Source: an uncultured Acidobacteriota bacterium
GTDB lineage: Bacteria > Acidobacteriota > Terriglobia > UBA7540
Assembly: GCA_963804995.1 (NCBI GenBank)
Contig: CAWDSK010000006.1
Span: 1,248,001 to 1,312,000, forward strand
Length of the DNA: 64,000 nt
Reading direction: 5' to 3'
Both the position numbers and the translations under genes were made by a program. Each line of letters begins with the position of its first letter. The stretch's first letter is position 1. The notes below the pieces were generated by a model. The model searched no databases, was not told the DNA's origin, and saw only the letters and a program-made list of their open reading frames with translations. Positions 62,792 to 64,000 of the stretch are shown in pieces.

Positions 62792-63696
62792 AGAATTTGT
62801 TTCCCCAGTGCGGAGGCAGCAAGTCCCACGCCGAGAATTGCGGTTTTGTTCATAACGTCGACAATCGGATTGATCTCCACCAATTCAAAAGCGATCATCT
62901 TCTGACTGTCGGCGACCATTTCCATCGCCAGATGAGCTTCCCGGAACGTGATGCCTCCGCGGACAGGTGTGCCCACGCCCGGCGCTTCCTCAGGATCGAC
63001 AACGTCCATATCGAAGGATACCACGAACCCTGCGGTGCCTTGCGTGGCGAGCGCGATGGATTTGTCCATCACCGTGCGCATCCCCTGTTCGTCGATTTCA
63101 CGCATGGTGAAGACGTTGACGCCCAACGTCTTGACGATCCCACGCTCGCGAATGTCGAGGTCGCGGGCCCCCACCAGCACGCAATTCTCCGGCAGCATCT
63201 TGGGCGCGAACCCATAGATATGAGTCAGCGATTCCGGTCCATGACCCAGAGTGGCAGCGAATGGCATGCCATGCACGTTGCCGCTGGGGCTCAACTCCGG
63301 TGTGTTCATATCGGCGTGGGCGTCAATCCAAAGGCATCCCACGGATTGTTGGCGGTCACGAAAGAACTTGGCGACTCCGGCTTGGGTGCCGATCGCCACG
63401 GAGTGATCGCCCCCCAGCGAAAGGGGGAAGCAACCTGCCTCCAGCGTCTGGTAAATGTGGTGCGCGACTTCCTGACAGGTCTCGGCAATCTCCTTGAGGT
63501 ACTTGGCGCGCTGGTCACCGAAGTGTTGCTCCTCTGGCAGCCGGACGTGAATGTTGCCAGCGTCCTCCACCTGGTGCCCCAAACTTTTCAAGGCCTGATT
63601 CAGGCCCGCCGCGCGCACGGCGGAGGGGCCCATGTCCACGCCACGCCGCGCTTGGCCGAGGTCCAACGGGACACCGAGGATTCTGATTTTCAGCAT
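62788..63696 (-). CDS. rocF: Arginase
   Basis: [36 protein letters not shown]. Confidence 0.95.
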   Translation of the reverse strand: MLKIRILGVPLDLGQARRGVDMGPSAVRAAGLNQALKSLGHQVEDAGNIHVRLPEEQHFGDQRAKYLKEIAETCQEVAHHIYQTLEAGCFPLSLGGDHSVAIGTQAGVAKFFRDRQQSVGCLWIDAHADMNTPELSPSGNVHGMPFAATLGHGPESLTHIYGFAPKMLPENCVLVGARDLDIRERGIVKTLGVNVFTMREIDEQGMRTVMDKSIALATQGTAGFVVSFDMDVVDPEEAPGVGTPVRGGITFREAHLAMEMVADSQKMIAFELVEINPIVDVMNKTAILGVGLAASALGKQIL

Positions 63697-63704
63697 GCTG
63701 CCCT

Positions 63705-64000
63705 CTACGGCGTCAAGCGATACAACATGCGCGGGAAAGGAATAGTCTCGCGAACGTGTTCGAGCCCGCAAATCCAGGCCACCACGCGCTCGATGCCCAT
63801 GCCGAAGCCAGAATGGGGGACGGTGCCGTAGCGGCGCAGGTCGAGATACCATTCGAAAGCCTGTCGCGGCAGGTTGTGTTCCTTGAGGCGTTGCTCAAGC
63901 AGCGCGAGGTCGGCCAACCGCTCACCGCCGCCGATGATTTCGCCGTAGCCTTCGGGGGCGAGCATGTCGACGCACAGCGCCACTTCCGGGCGCGCAGGAT
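63705..64000 (-). CDS. asnS: Asparaginyl-tRNA synthetase (3' end only)
   Basis: [34 protein letters not shown]. Confidence 0.93.
   Translation of the reverse strand, partial: PARPEVALCVDMLAPEGYGEIIGGGERLADLALLEQRLKEHNLPRQAFEWYLDLRRYGTVPHSGFGMGIERVVAWICGLEHVRETIPFPRMLYRLTP

Overview
GC-rich bacterial chromosomal segment. Gene content and repeat style suggest Acidobacteriota (Terriglobia-like); this is an inference. Left to right: (1) a minus-strand lipid/glycolipid locus (HAD phosphatase, PaaK-like adenylating enzyme, GT28, FabF/NodE-like KAS, ACP, receiver protein, NodB deacetylase, radical SAM) with a sigma-54 promoter and a palindromic motif shared with a nearby HK/NtrC-type two-component system; (2) vapBC in nested REP/MITE DNA; (3) polX; (4) a toxin-antitoxin hotspot (16.6-19.6 kb) punctuated by four copies of a GNRA-capped hairpin repeat; (5) small accessory genes including a PD-(D/E)XK-like protein, a truncated mosaic Ser/Thr kinase and a repeat-rich 23.4-25.5 kb stretch; (6) a beta-helix enzyme, a radical SAM and an iscR-iscS-sufB-doxX-sufCDSUT-ygfZ Fe-S operon; (7) envelope and housekeeping genes (rhomboid, rlpA, HIT, peptidases, a TA pair, amgK-like/murU-like, GH57, Trm112, GT9, TetR-HlyD-ABC, a dockerin protein plus a putative clan-CD protease, ddl, arginase, asnS). 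At least nine single-base insertions break conserved genes and look like long-read errors. No rRNA, tRNA, CRISPR array, transposase or integrase was recognised.
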